A stretch of DNA of 63,661 nt, filler included, from Kipferlia bialata (GCA_003568945.1; 3 parts of 3 records of this genome joined end to end with filler, not necessarily neighbours in it); one strand, 5' to 3'. Counted from the first letter of the whole stretch, positions 15,401 to 29,190 are shown. The notes: a model not told the origin generated them from the letters alone. Numbers and translations are program-made.

Positions 15401-16912
15401 AAGTATATACCCTCTGACTCTGACACGGATACAGTGGTGTCAGTCACACCAGAGCCACTAGAGATACAAATGTACAGTATACATATACCAGTATGAGTGT
15501 ATTCTTGTATTCTTGTATTCTCGTTGCAGTATCATGACTCTGTTTGACCTGTGACATATATTGACTTCTATTGACTTCTAGGTTGACCAGGACAAGGTTG
15601 ACCGGTACCTTAAGCTCCTGTACATCATTCTGGGGGGCATCTGTGCCTCTGGACTTCTAGGTACTACTCTTTCTCTCTCTCTGTTTCTATCCCTTTCTCT
15701 GTTTCGTTCTCACTACATTACTGATCTGTGGCAACAAGGCCCACTCTCTCTCTCTCTCTCTCTCCCTCTCTCTCTTTCTCTATACATCCTTATATTTACA
15801 TATATGTATATTATTACATGTATGTGTGTGTTTGTACGTATTCGTTAACATGCGTACTATCTTTAACTTACACTTATTCTTTACATATTTAGTCTCTGAC
15901 CCCAGTCTCTCTCTCTCCCTCTTTAGGTCATTCTCTCTCTCTCTCTTCTGACCCCAGTTCTTATCTGTGGCAAGACCCACCTGATCAAGAAGATTGATCT
16001 CTTTGCTTTGAACTATGTCTTCACCGTACCAGCAACACTGGGGTGAGTACTCTCAGTGTATACAGTGTATATATATATTGGACTATATATATGTATATAT
16101 TGGTATAGTATATATAGATATATTGGAAATACTCCATTCGCCACGCCAATAGTCATTATATATATACATATATATATATATGTGTGTGTGTGTGCGTTCA
16201 TTCATATGGAAGTGTGAAGAAGAGTAGTATTGATTAATAATACCAGGAGTATGACGACCTGGATCGGCGGCTTCATCTGTTACTCTATAAATACAGAGTA
16301 CATGTATTCAATGTGTTTTACTATCCCTAACCATCAGCTCTAAGACCACCTGGATAGGAGGCTTCTTCTCAGCTGTCTTCATCTGTTCCTTTGTTGTCAT
16401 GGGCTCTGGTCTGGTCATACCCTACCTCTACACAAACATATCAGAGGATAGGGGTCTGGTGCCTCTGTGTCTGGCCTCTACAGTGCTAACTGGCAATATG
16501 ACAGGTACTATACAAATAGTGTATAGTATATGAATATATCGGAGGACAGGTGACTAGTATCCCTTCGATTAGCATCGACGAGCTAGTATGGTGATACCAC
16601 CTCGCTTTCCCTGCATCTCTCTCACTCCCTTATCATACTTGACATGTCCTTCACTGGTCTCTATCTGCATCTCTCCCCATATATATAAGGATATATGTAT
16701 ATATATATATGTATATATTAATAACCCCTTAGTTGACATGGCCTTCACTGGTCAGTTCGATGACTATTCTCTCTCTTCCTCTCTCTCTCTCCCTCTCTCT
16801 CTCTCTCTCTCCCTTTCCATCTATATATACATGTTTGTATCTAACCCCTTAGTTGACATGGCCTTCACTAGTCAATTTGATGACTGTTCTATAAATCTCT
16901 CATCCATATATA

Positions 16913-16946
<34 letters not shown>

Positions 16947-18667
16947 ACCCTCCAGTTGACATGGCCTTCACTGGTCAGTTTGATGACTGTGCCCTGATAG
17001 CCGATGGGGAGTATGGCACATGCTCATCAGATGTGACAGGTACAGGATTGTTATGTTTGAGTATAGCATGAATAATAATATGTGTAGTTGGTATCTCAAG
17101 TAGATGCGTATTTGTATGTCTCACCGTCAGTGACTGCCCCACCTTGACATCCACAATGTATAAGTAGTTATGTATGGATATCGATATTAGTAATGTGTAT
17201 CCTGATGTAGAATACTAGTCTCCTGTCTCACCCTCAGTGACTGTCCCCAGTGACATCAACACTGGGGGTGTGTACACACAGACATGCATGCAGGTGAGTA
17301 GATGATAGGCATATATATAATAGTATTATATACAATATTGTAGACGCATATATTGTAACACACAGACATGCATGCAGGTCAGTTCAAGGAACCCTAAGTT
17401 ATAGTATATGAATATGTATACTGGTGAGGCTTGTATGTGTCTCACTGAGCAACAAACACGAGGCTCTTTCTCTTCCTCTCTTACCCTCAGTCCTCCCTTG
17501 CCTCTGGGACAGCTGACACTACGGCATGTGCAGTCAGAGGTATGGTATCGTATCTATTTTGTTGCCATTATCCACGTCCTCTAATCCCATTGGTGAGTGT
17601 ACTTCTATATTTCGTGTTTATAAGAGAATACTGTGTATTTCGTGTCCACTCATCCTCAGTCGAGATCCAGGACGCCTTGTTGTCCAGCAGAGATTGTATT
17701 ATATTTATATGTCTATATACAGTATATATAAATATGAATAGTGTATCTAATCCTCAGTCGAGATCCAGGATGCCCTGTTGTCCAGCAGAGAGTCCGAGTT
17801 CAGTCTGCAGATTCTGGGGTCGGGGGAGTACTTCGCTTCAGCTATAGGTACGGAAAAGTGTTTGTATGGTGTTGTAAGAATATAGTAGCTATATGTATAC
17901 AGATTATTATTATTTTATTTGTTATTCACTGTAGAGTAACCCCACATGTGTTCTAATATACTCTGTTATATAAATATTTGTTATATAGTACTTCTTACCT
18001 TCAGACTGGGAGGTATCCTCCAATGCATCCAACCCTGGCCAGATATCGAGGTATGTGTATATATATATGTATTGTATTATACTTATATATATATATGCAA
18101 CATTACTATCCTTGCCCCATCTCTAGGTATAGTTACGCGATTCAGTGTCCGGCGGCGGATATGTACGTATATTTACGAAGGTAATTGTACCCCTCCCACA
18201 CCAGCATTGGTGGCACCCTCCTGCCCTACACCGGCATGACATTCAGAGGCACAACGACACCGACAGAGGTACATATAGGAGACGATATATATGTATTCAT
18301 ATGAGAGTACATTGATACTATTCTTAGGTAATCTTTATCCAATCCTCTTTGACCCCCAAGGTATGTAACTTCCTCTCCACCGAATCCTTGTATGACACAG
18401 CAGTACTTGTATATATGTTCAACAGAATTACTAGTGTCCAAAATCTAGATTGGCCTCTTCTCCACCGAGTCCATGTATGACATAGTAACACTGTATCATT
18501 CACACTAAGCTGCTTATATTCTTGTGTAACTCTTCAATAGTCCAGAATATGTCCCCTTACCCATTAGATTGGCCTGTTCTCCACCGAGTCCATGTATGAC
18601 ATTGAGTATGAGGACGAGGGGGAGGACAACCCAAGCACGGGAAGGATCTTTGAGGTATATATATAAG

Positions 18668-18704
<37 letters not shown>

Positions 18705-20319
18705 TGTACTTGATATTCGAGGTATGGACCCTCTGACTCTCTCTCTCTTTTGCTTTCTCTATGTCTTTTCATTTCATCAGTCCATCGAGAATTCGTTGTG
18801 TTTCATTGTATATATATATATGTTTCTTTGTGTGGGTGGTATGGTGTGTGAATGTGGATGTCTCTATGTATACAACAGTATTGTGTTAACCTCTCACCAT
18901 CCAGTTCATTGGCTATGAGAGGGGTACCATGGTTAGCAACGTGGACTTCCACGACGAGAACGGAGTCAGGTAGAGTATGGTTGTATATGTGTACATTAGG
19001 GATTTGAGCTATCTTTGTAATATCGTTACATATGGATAGGTCCAACAAGAGGTGGTTATGCGGTGGTATATATGTTATGCTCTTACCCCCAGTGTCACCT
19101 TCATCCTGGAGAGGAGTGGGGGTTTCCATCTTAGCAGTAACACATATACATGTATTCACTGAATACATATATAGTGTCTGCACTCTCTCTTTTTACTCTT
19201 ACATCAGCGTCACCTTCATCCTGGAGAGGAGTGGGAGTATCCCTTTAAGGAGTAGCGCTTATATATCATAGTTATCATATACTCTCTGTATGAACTGTGT
19301 TACTCTTACCCCAGCGTCACTTTCATCCTGGAGAGGAGTGAGAACGTCCTGTCCTGGAGCAGAAGCATCGTACGTATCATGTCCTGCTCTCTCTCTCTCT
19401 CTCTATATATATACTTATATATATTACTCTCCCTGTATGTTCATATGGTTTATATATCTCACCTCTAGGTCCAAAACCCAGCCGCCTTCGCAGCTGCAAT
19501 CCTTGGTTCATACACTGGTCTCCAGGGTGAGTGGATATATATCATATATTTACCTATATTACATTGGTCTCCAGGGTGAGAGTATATATAGCTACACCCA
19601 AGTACGTATGTGCTCCAGTACAATGTAATTGTAGTCTATCTAGGCTCACCCCCAGGGTCTGGTATTCATGTATTGTGTATCAATATGTAAATGAAAGAAT
19701 ATGCAACAATACGTTATGATACTCACCCCCAGGCATGTTTGGGTCTGGTGTTGGGTATGTCCGCACTGTGTGGGGCTGGGCCAAGGGCAGGTATGTATGT
19801 ATATGTACTATTAGGATTAATACATTCAAGTCGTAATTATCATGAACCTCTCTCACCCCCAGGTGGGGCAAGGAGAAGCTCCAGAAGAAGCTGGCCAGAG
19901 TGCACACCAAGAGCAGCAGAGAGCAGGTACCACTTCTATGGATATCCTTATATCTCTACCCATTCATCAACATACTATGTATTGTATTAATACTATCATT
20001 GTATATGTGTTAACACACCAAGAGCAGCAGAGGCGAGCAGGTGCGTAAGCATGATACCTCCATATATATCTTCAATCGAACTATTCTCCATTCATTAGTA
20101 TATACATACGCATATATAATAGTGTATTTTTGTGTATATATACATTGAGAGCAGCAGAGGCGAGCAGGTGCGCATATGCACACATCCTATCTCCATATCC
20201 CATTCATTCAGATATTGATACATCCTTCCCACGTACGTGATCTATTAGCTCATCCTCAGGTCCCAGCTGGGCCGGGTTACATCAACCCACTGGGAGTAGT
20301 CCCCACTGCAACCGTGTAG
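3267..20319 (+). CDS. Large secreted/membrane protein: signal peptide, many Kelch repeats, Cys-rich ephrin-receptor/GCC2-GCC3-like repeats, then several TM segments
   Basis: Signal peptide MRTLAPLGPLALVLVAICVLAVLLPAVDA. Kelch exons include RLIVFGGTDTINFYSDLWFFDIPTQIW, LLMFGGMVGD, VYMHGGYGG, LVLFGGQD and LFLHGGLT. Cys-rich exons include CEACAAGSYAAQ, CTACPMGFYNP, CFACPSGTYNDEIGQAECKTCWDGYTCP. TM exons are LLYIILGGICASGLL, WIGGFFSAVFICSFVVMGSGLVIPYL and AAFAAAILGSYTGLQGMFG. The last exon is VPAGPGYINPLGVVPTATV*. Not every internal junction was verified. Confidence 0.8.
8017..8610 (+). repeat. Six tandem acceptor/exon-start copies (ACTCTGCCCCTGCCTCTGTGGT..GGACCAAGCAGGA) in a Kelch-gene intron
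   Basis: Copies near 8023, 8165, 8277, 8384 and 8482; the real exon starts near 8568 (DSNPSSVVWTKQDADLDNEDSDDV). Confidence 0.88.
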
Positions 20320-20647
20320 AGAACTCCCATCGCGTAGATTAGCGACGGAATAGTGAAACGGCTTCTGTTCCACATGAATGCCCTATTCATATTCATTTCG
20401 AAGTCCACGCAAACCATGTATCAACTCATAAATGTCTTCCATTTGCGTAAGCTTTGACTTGTAGCTTAGAATCCAAAGAGTATATGTGATAGTAGTATAG
20501 AGAATATGCATCCATGTGCGATTGACCGTGGTTTCTCTATTCCGACCAGCCAATGTATAAATATATGTCGAGGGTCTAATACACCATCATCCCCCTTATG
20601 CAGCACACTCAATGTGTAAGGTACTAGGATAGATAACTCGAGTACAC

Positions 20648-22594
20648 TTACTCCTTCTTCTCCTCCTCCTTCTTCTCGTCCTTCGTCATGGAGTCAAGGA
20701 TGGTCTGAATATAAGGGTGTAGAGGGGGAGAGAGAGAGAGAGAGAGGAGACCGCTGTGATACCTGGAGGGCAGTCTTGACGTTGCCAGTGGCGGGTCCCT
20801 TGGGGAACCTGTGGGGTAAGCGAGGACATAAAGAGAGACAGGGGAATACTTCTGGATACCACACAATATACATGATATATACACACCTGAGGAGGTATGA
20901 CTTTGGCAGGTTGTCCTTCTTCTTGTCGGCCTCCTTCTCTCCCTCCTCCTTCTTCTCCTCCTTCTTGTCGTCATCACCTGGGGTGAGGTTGGTGTATATA
21001 ACACATGCACTGTCGAATACAGTACATAAGAATATATATATATTTGTATATATACACAGTACCTGGCATGGGGACTGCTGCTGCATAGTTGACCAGGGCC
21101 AGCTGCACAAAGTTACCCTCCCTGTCGCCTAGAGTGAGAAGAGAAGCATGTCAAAAGAGACTGGGATATGTAAGATATCCGTATAGAGAAGATATCATTG
21201 CATATATCTTGAGAGAGAGAGATAGAGCCATGTACCTAGGGACAGGGATGCTGTGATGGGAGCATTGAGGACAAGCACACCGGTCCTCTCACGCCTGGGG
21301 TGAGAAGGGGAGAGAATTTACACAAATGGGTTGCAGCACTTAACAATCAGAGACAAACGAAAGAATTCTTAGGATCACCATCCTTTAACGCAAGAGCGCA
21401 AATATATACAAGAATAATATTATGTACTAATATGTATACACTCAACCATACCTGAACACCAGTCTGCCACCCTCGCCCTCCTCGGCCTTGTTGACCTGGG
21501 GGTCAGGGGGAGATGGTATAAATGATAACATNNNNNNNNNNNNNNNNNNNNNNNNNNNNNNNNNNNNNNNNNNNNNNNNNNNNNNNNNNNNNNNNNNNNN
21601 NNNNNTATGTAAGTAAAGAGAGTCCTCCTCGGCCTTGTTGACCTGGGGGTCAGGGGGAGAGAAGATCTATATATTCAATGCATATAAATAATATACACAA
21701 TAAGTATAACACACCTTGAGGGTACCGGTTCCCAGCTCCACCCACTGGCCTGACTCCCCAATGGCATAGCACTTGGCACGCTCGGAGGCCATGGCCTTCT
21801 CTCCCTCCTGGGGGTTGGACGTACGGTGGAGGGAGGGTCATATATATAGTAAAGTATAATAGAAATAGCAGATATTTATGAAGTATATCAGCATACCTCG
21901 CCAGTGGCCACTACCACAATGGCACATAATACACACACACACACATATATATATACATATATACATACACACCTCTCCTGTGGCCACTGCCACGATGGGT
22001 GCCTTGGCCTTGGGCTTCTCGGGCGAGGCAGGCTTCTGGAGGTGAGGGGTGACATATACAATACACATATATATGAACCTATCATTCTGCTTCCACACAC
22101 TTCAACCATATCCTGCTCGTTCTCTCATGTATTCATATCTTATATATACCTCCTCCTCCTTGGTCTCCTCCTTCTCAGTGTTCTATATATACATTTATAC
22201 ATATATATATATATGTGTGTGAGTGTATAATCTACCTATCCACATATATATCTATCCATATATGGTATATACCTCCTCCTCCTTGGCCTCCTCCTTCTTC
22301 TCAGTGTTCCATGCGGCAGGGGGCTTGAACTTGAAGTCACCTGGGGTTATACAACATATCATACCATATCTACTACTACATATTATATATACAAGTGGGA
22401 ATATATATGTATTATTAATTATACCTGTGCCGAATGCAAAGGAGTAGTCTGGCTTAGACATCTACTAATACAGAGTATATATAGAGTAAATGCAGTGTAC
22501 ATATATATATATATCCTAACCTGTGCCGAATGCAAAGGAGTAGTCTGGCTTAGACATCTACTAATACACAGTACATATAGAGTAAATGCAGCGC

Positions 22595-22632
<38 letters not shown>

Positions 22633-23291
22633 CCTAACCTGTGCCGAATGCAAATGAGTAGTCTGGCTTCTTGTCGGTGGGCTGGTTCTGGCCAAAGTGG
22701 AACCCAGAGATCACGGGCTTCTAGAGATTAGATAGAGAGAAAGGGAGAACCATAGTATATGGGAGAGAGCGAAAGGGAGGGAGAGAGTGCAACCCAGATA
22801 TCACAGGCTTCCATAGATTAGAGAAAGAAGGGGGAGAGAGAGAGAGAGAGAGGTATTGCAGGGGAGACAGACCCTTACCTCAACTAGCTTCTCCTCCTCC
22901 CTCACCCCCCTCCCTCTCTCTATATAAATATACATATGTATATATACTTGTATCAATATATCTTTACCTCAACTGGCTTCGCCTCCTCCTCCTCCTCCTC
23001 AACGGGCTTCTCCTCCTGGGGGTTAGAACAAGGGTGTTAGAAGCAGAGAGAGAGGGAGAGAAAAAGAGAGGGAGACAGAGAGACAGAGAGACAGAGAGGA
23101 AGAGAGAGATGTAGTGGGGATGTATATACCTCCTTGGGCTCCTCCTTCTGCTTGACCACGTCATGTATATATATACACATATATATATTAATGTATACAT
23201 ATATATGCATACCTCCTTGGACTCCTCCTTCTGCTTGAACAGGTCAACCTGGGGCATGGGGGCAGCGGCCTGGAAGGTAAGGGTGTGTATA

Positions 23292-23329
<38 letters not shown>

Positions 23330-24049
23330 TAGCAGCCTGGTACACTAGTATGTATGGAGATAGATAGCTAGAAAGATTCATGGTACGCCTGGCTGTAAGG
23401 ATGCTGAAAGTGTAGAGAACGAGTGGGAGTGAATGGGTATCTAGTGATATGGTGAATCCATAGAAGAGATACAGTATCAACTGTGTTCAATGACGCTACA
23501 CAAATAACACGTTAAGCGTATAAGAAGTCAGACTGTATATAATCCGACCCGTGTCTCAGCGTAAACGATACGAGTACCGGGGGATGCACACAGTCCAGCC
23601 ACATCAAGATACGATGGATTGATTACAAGTGGTACTGGTATGTACCACCTACTCCCTCTACACCCAAATGTATACACTATAATGCACACAAATCCTCCCT
23701 ACCTTTACTGGCTTGGCGAAGTTGAATGCGAAGGGGGCACCGGCGTTGAATGCAAAGGTGTTGGCGGGGGTGGCCTCTGGGGCCTTGGCATCGAAGGAGA
23801 TGGCCGTCTTCTTCACCTTGGGCTGGCCGTCCTTGTTCAGACGACGCCTGGCCTTCAGAATCACACGCTCCTTCAGCACCTCGGGGGCGGCAGTGCCCTC
23901 CTCAGCGTCGCCAAGGGAGTTGGCATCCTTATCCACAGGCTGCTTCTCAAAGGAATCCCTAGGGTCAATGGCGGTGTAAAGAGTGCACTGCAGCGGCCCA
24001 CACTGCTCTGGCCTTACCTATCAATGGGGTCTGCCCTACGCTTTCCCAT
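20648..24049 (-). CDS. NUP50: Nup50/Nup2-like nucleoporin (importin-alpha-binding N-terminus, FG-like repeats, C-terminal RanBD)
   Basis: Spliced N-terminus MGKRRADPIDR|DSFEKQPVDKDANSLGDAEEGTAAPEVLKERVILKARRR matches the Nup50 pattern (KR...A.EVLKxRxIxKAxRR). FAFN/FAFG/FKFK motifs follow. C-terminal RanBD-like exons: VATGE|EGEKAMASERAKCYAIGESGQWVELGTGTLK|VNKAEEGEGGRLVFR|RERTGVLVLNAPI. Confidence 0.8.
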
Positions 24050-24358
24050 CTCTCTGGCGAAGAAGGCAAACACAGATGTTGCTCTGGACCCTTTGGCTAT
24101 GGTATGAAAAACACTAGACCCTTTTCTCGTATGGTTCTGATTTACGGGAGACATGATATACACGATATATTAGCACTCCCTTCACTCTACATAGAGCATC
24201 TATCTCACAGTGAGACCGCCTGCCTTACTAGTCCATCCATTGAGCATAAGTGTAGACAGAGACCCTTACTCTATTCTTTCTCTCTCAGGGAAATCTTTGG
24301 TTTGGTATCCATACCAGCCTATTTCTCTCTCTCTGACAGAGAGTCTCTGTCTCCCTAT

Positions 24359-24686
24359 TCATCGCGATACCCCATCTTTGCCAGTCCCTCTCTGGCCATG
24401 GCTATATCGGCATCCAGGGACTCCCTTGCTCCCTTGGCCTGGGTTAGTATAGAAATACCATGTATTGTTGAATATGGAATTAGTATCAGTATTTTACAAT
24501 GACCTCTCTTCTAAGAGTGTAAAGAGAGAGTATCTTCACTTGAGTATACTCTGGATACCAACATATGTCACACAATGATAAATAGTGATCAATGTTAGAT
24601 GTGAATACCTCTGGGTAGTGCATCAGGTGGTACCCGATGTACACACTGGTGAACAGAAGGACAATGGTCCCAAGGGCAAGGCATAG
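24359..24686 (-). CDS. DPM3: Dolichol-phosphate mannosyltransferase subunit 3, last two exons (5' end unresolved, near the contig edge)
   Basis: LCLALGTIVLLFTSVYIGYHLMHYPE|AKGARESLDADIAMAREGLAKMGVSR* matches the DPM3 pattern of a TM helix ending in GY followed by A.ELxxxIxEARxDLxxxG. Confidence 0.75.
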
Positions 24687-24890
24687 CTGAGGTGTCAGAG
24701 AGAGTGGTACAGGGAGAGAGATAGAAGGACAATGGTCCCACGTATTTAGGAGAGATCTGTGGCATATACTTGGGAGAGAAAGAGAGATGGAGAGAAAAGG
24801 ACAGATAGAACACCAGCGTGGAGACAAATACATTAGGAAACCGGTGTCAATAACTATTTGGCTTGGGAGTGGTGACAGTGTGTGAGTGGT

Positions 24891-24928
<38 letters not shown>

Positions 24929-24931
24929 CCA

Positions 24932-25032
24932 ANNNNNNNNNNNNNNNNNNNNNNNNNNNNNNNNNNNNNNNNNNNNTTAATTAATTAANNNNNNNNNNNN
25001 NNNNNNNNNNNNNNNNNNNNNNNNNNNNNNNN
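24932..25032. other. Artificial contig-join linker (N-run, TTAATTAATTAA, N-run)
   Basis: A six-frame-stop 12-mer flanked by Ns; genes on both sides are truncated. Confidence 0.95.
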
Positions 25033-25145
25033 AAATTTACTATAAAAATGTATATGTATGTATAGTTAACACCATCAATTAGAATGACAATTTGGTGTAA
25101 AAGGCTAATTACCTTGTACATCTACTTGTATATATATGCCAATAC

Positions 25146-27192
25146 CTTGTACATTCTGCCGTATAGGCCGTAGTTGGGTGTGGAGGAGTGAGTGATGATC
25201 AAGGAGTTGGACAGGGACTGCACACAGTAGCACTGCTCCACAGGGTGGTTGACGATGCTGACATTAAGGGTGTAGAGAAGGAGAGAGAGAGAGAGAGTAA
25301 TACCACGGGGTGATTGACGACATGATAAAAAGATTTTCAAGGTGTAGAGAGAGAGAGAGAGAGAGAGTACCTCGTGATGACGTCCTGGTTGGGGTCTGAC
25401 ACCTCGCTGATGGGGGAGGGGACATTGACCTAAGGGTGAGTATATATATGTGTATATGTATATATATATATATATATACATATTAGTATTGTAATAAGAG
25501 TATCTCTCTATACATCTGACACCTCGCTGATGGGGGAGGGGACATTGACCTATTGTTAGCATTATTCTATATACTGTATTTGTATATATGACATATATAG
25601 TAGTAGTATATATATATATCTGACACCTCACTGATGGGGGAGGGGACATTGACCTAGGGGTAAGGTATATATGCTACATACCTATCCATTGCATACACAT
25701 GTTATCCGTATACACATACATATATACAGTATATCACTATGCCCATACCTCCCACATGACCAGCTGCTTGTCCTCATACACATGTATGTATAAACTATAT
25801 ATTCATCCAATACTAATATACTACTACTCTCTATATATACAAATATAGTATATTTCATATACCGATCTATATTCATGTAGATATACATATTATTAAAAAA
25901 ATACCTCCCACATGACCAGCTGCTTGTCCTCAGCGGAGGTGACAAAGTGCCTGGGGTAAGATGTATATATACATACAATTAATATACATTATATCAGTAG
26001 ATATTCAGGGAGAGAGGTGAAAAAGTGCCTGGAGGGGAAGATGTATTCTATAGAGAGATAATACACATCAGTACAACAAATAGAGCTTTCAATAGTATCA
26101 CACTAATATATATACACACACATACACAGTGTATATATTATACACATACCTTCTGTCCTGGAGCCATGAGATGGCCACCACTGCGGCATCATGGGACTGG
26201 TATTAGGGGTGTAGGGAGAGAGAGAGGGAGAGAGAGAGAGAGAGAGAAAGAGATTGCCTGGCATCATGGGACTGATGATTAGGGGTATAAGAGGGATATA
26301 CACATTGACACACACACACACAAACCAATACAATACACTCACCCTGTACTGCAGGTATGCCTCCTCGCTGATCTCCAGGGCACCCTCACCGGCAAGGGTG
26401 CGCTGCTGGGGGTCAGTATATATACAATATAATATAGTATATATACAATATAGTATATACTAGAGAAAGAGAGAGAGAGCGAAGGCACCGCCTAGAGTGC
26501 GCTGCTGGGGGTCAGACACATACTATTACACTATATATGTATATGTGTATGTATATACTTGAGCAGAAGGATGGGAGTACTTGGTGCGCTGCTGGGGGTC
26601 AGTACCATTGTAGTACTATATTGTATTACTCTAGAGTAACCCTACCAATATCCATAAAGAGAGAGAGAGAGAGAGAGTACCTTCTCCTCCTCGTGCGAGG
26701 GTATCTTCCAGCACCCAACCATCCTGTTCTGACCACCAACCATGATGATGCTGTCATCGTCTGACAATAAGGGTGTAGAGGGAGAGAGAAAGGGTNNNNN
26801 NNNNNNNNNNNNNNNNNNNNNNNNNNNNNNNNNNNNNNNNNNNNNNNNNNNNNNNNNNNNNNNNNGAAGTAATCATGATGATGCTGTCATCGTCTGACAA
26901 TAAGGGTGTAGAGGGAGAGAATTAAGGGTGTAGAGGGAGAGAATAGAATAATGAGTTTAGTGTGTGAGAAAATATGGGTGAAGAGGGAGAGAAGGGTGTA
27001 GGGGAGAGAGTACACACCTGGTACAAACGACAGACACTGGGGCTTGATGTTGATGCAGCTCTCTCTCTCTATATATATATATACTCTATGTGTTTATATG
27101 TATGTACATTACACTACATATATATACATTGTGTATATACACACCTGGCACAAATGACAGGCACTGGGGCTTTGTGCTGAGGCTGAGGGCAG

Positions 27193-27236
<44 letters not shown>

Positions 27237-27685
27237 GTGTACATCTGGTACAATAAGGGTGTAGAGGGAGAGAGAGAGAGAGTATATACCTGGCACAAAT
27301 GACAGACACTGGGGCTTGGTGTTGAGGCTGAGGGCAGCTATGCATGTGCCCTGGGCCACGTTCCAGATACGCACACGCCTGGTATTAAGGGTGTAGAGGG
27401 TAAAGAGGGTGTAGAGAGTATTAAGGGTGTAGAGGGTATCAACGGTGTAGAGGGTATTAAGGGTGTAGAGGGTATTAAGGGTGTAGAGGGTATCAAGGGT
27501 GTAGAGGGTATTAACAAGAGTGCACATAAGTGTGCTGTGTAGAGAGATACTGGGAGCATATATGCAGTGAAATACCTGTCGAATCCAGCTGTGGCCAGTC
27601 TGGTGCCACCTCTCTCTCTCTCTCTCTCTCTGTATATATATATATATAAATATACCTGTCGAATCCAGCTGTGGCCAGTCTGGTA

Positions 27686-27727
<42 letters not shown>

Positions 27728-27879
27728 ATATATATATACACAGCACACTGTATAGAATATACATAGGAATACCTGTCGAATCCGGCTGTGGCCAGTCTGG
27801 TACCGTCCTCGGACCAGATGACACTGGGGGTGGGATACACATAGATAATAGAGAGAGAGAGAGACAGAGAGAGAGAGAG

Positions 27880-27923
<44 letters not shown>

Positions 27924-29190
27924 CTGCCGTCCTCGGATCACATGACACTGATATACTTTACAAAACATAGCAGTAAGAAGAAGGCCGACGAGAGAGAGAG
28001 AGAGAGAATGAGAGAGAGAGATAGAGAATTACGTACGATGTGATGGGGCGTGTGTGGCCGTGGAATGTACGGATACATGGGAACCGGCCAGTAAGGCCCT
28101 TCTGGCTCTGGGGGTCATTATATAGAGGGTTTCATTTGAATAGGTCATTATAATAAGGGAGGGGAGGTCATTAGATTAAGAGAGGTACTCATTATAATAT
28201 GGAGTTATAGTTAGGACGAACTATATTGAAGAATGCAGGCCCTTCTGGCTCTGGGTGTCATTATAATAAGGGGGGAATCATTAGAATAGATAGAGTGGAG
28301 TCTACATATAGTCTACTGAAAAGAATGGGAAGAGTCATCAGAAGAAATATGAAAACAGCTAACACAATATATATATATATACAATATTACACCTTGTTCT
28401 GCATAGTGCCCATGATTCCGTCCTGCACATATAGTAAAAAGTATTTTTATATATATATAATACATATATTGTAGTATATAAACATATATATACCGTGTTC
28501 TGCATAGTGCCCATGATGCCATCCTGCACATAGATTCTAATAATATATACTATTCACACTTCTGATACCTTGTATATATATATATGCATAATACTACTAC
28601 TATTTTTTACTACATTATAATACCTTGTTTTGCATGGTGCCCATGATCCCATCCTGCACGTTGGTACTGGAGGTATCCCAGAGCTTGACCTTGCCATCCA
28701 TGCCACCTGGGTATTAAGGGTGCAGGGGGAGAGAGAAGGGGTGTAGAGGGAGAAAGAAAGGGTGTAGGGGGAGAGAGAAAGGGTGTAGGGGGGAAGAGAG
28801 AGAGAGAGAGAGAGAGAGGTATCCCAGAGCTTGACCTTGCCATCCATGCCACCTGACATTAAGGGTGTAGAGGGGGAGAGAAAGGGTGTAGAGGGAGAGA
28901 GAAGGGGTGTAGGGAGAGAGAGAGAAAGGGTGTAGGGGGAGAGAGAGAAAGGGTGAAGAGAGTCACTATACCTGACACAAACATATATAGTATACATACT
29001 AACCTGATACAAACATGTGACCACTCTAACTCTCTCTCTCTATCAATATATGTGTACATACATGTATATGTATATGTCTCCTTACCTGATACAAACATGT
29101 GGCCACTCTTGGGTGCCCATACCAGGGCACTGACACCCTTGGGGTGGGCATTGACCCAGGTGTGACAGCAGTGCCTGAAATAAGGGTGTA

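Noticed and set aside
24932..25032. TTAATTAATTAA between N-runs (also at 49791-49890) as a biological motif or piggyBac TTAA site
   Set aside because: Identical in both places and embedded in Ns; it is an artificial contig linker.
13691..26865. Junction copies flanking the internal N gaps (13691-13780, 21532-21604, 26796-26865)
   Set aside because: Near-identical sequence on both sides of a gap may be scaffolding overlap, so I did not use these as evidence. The gap-free, diverged arrays were used instead.
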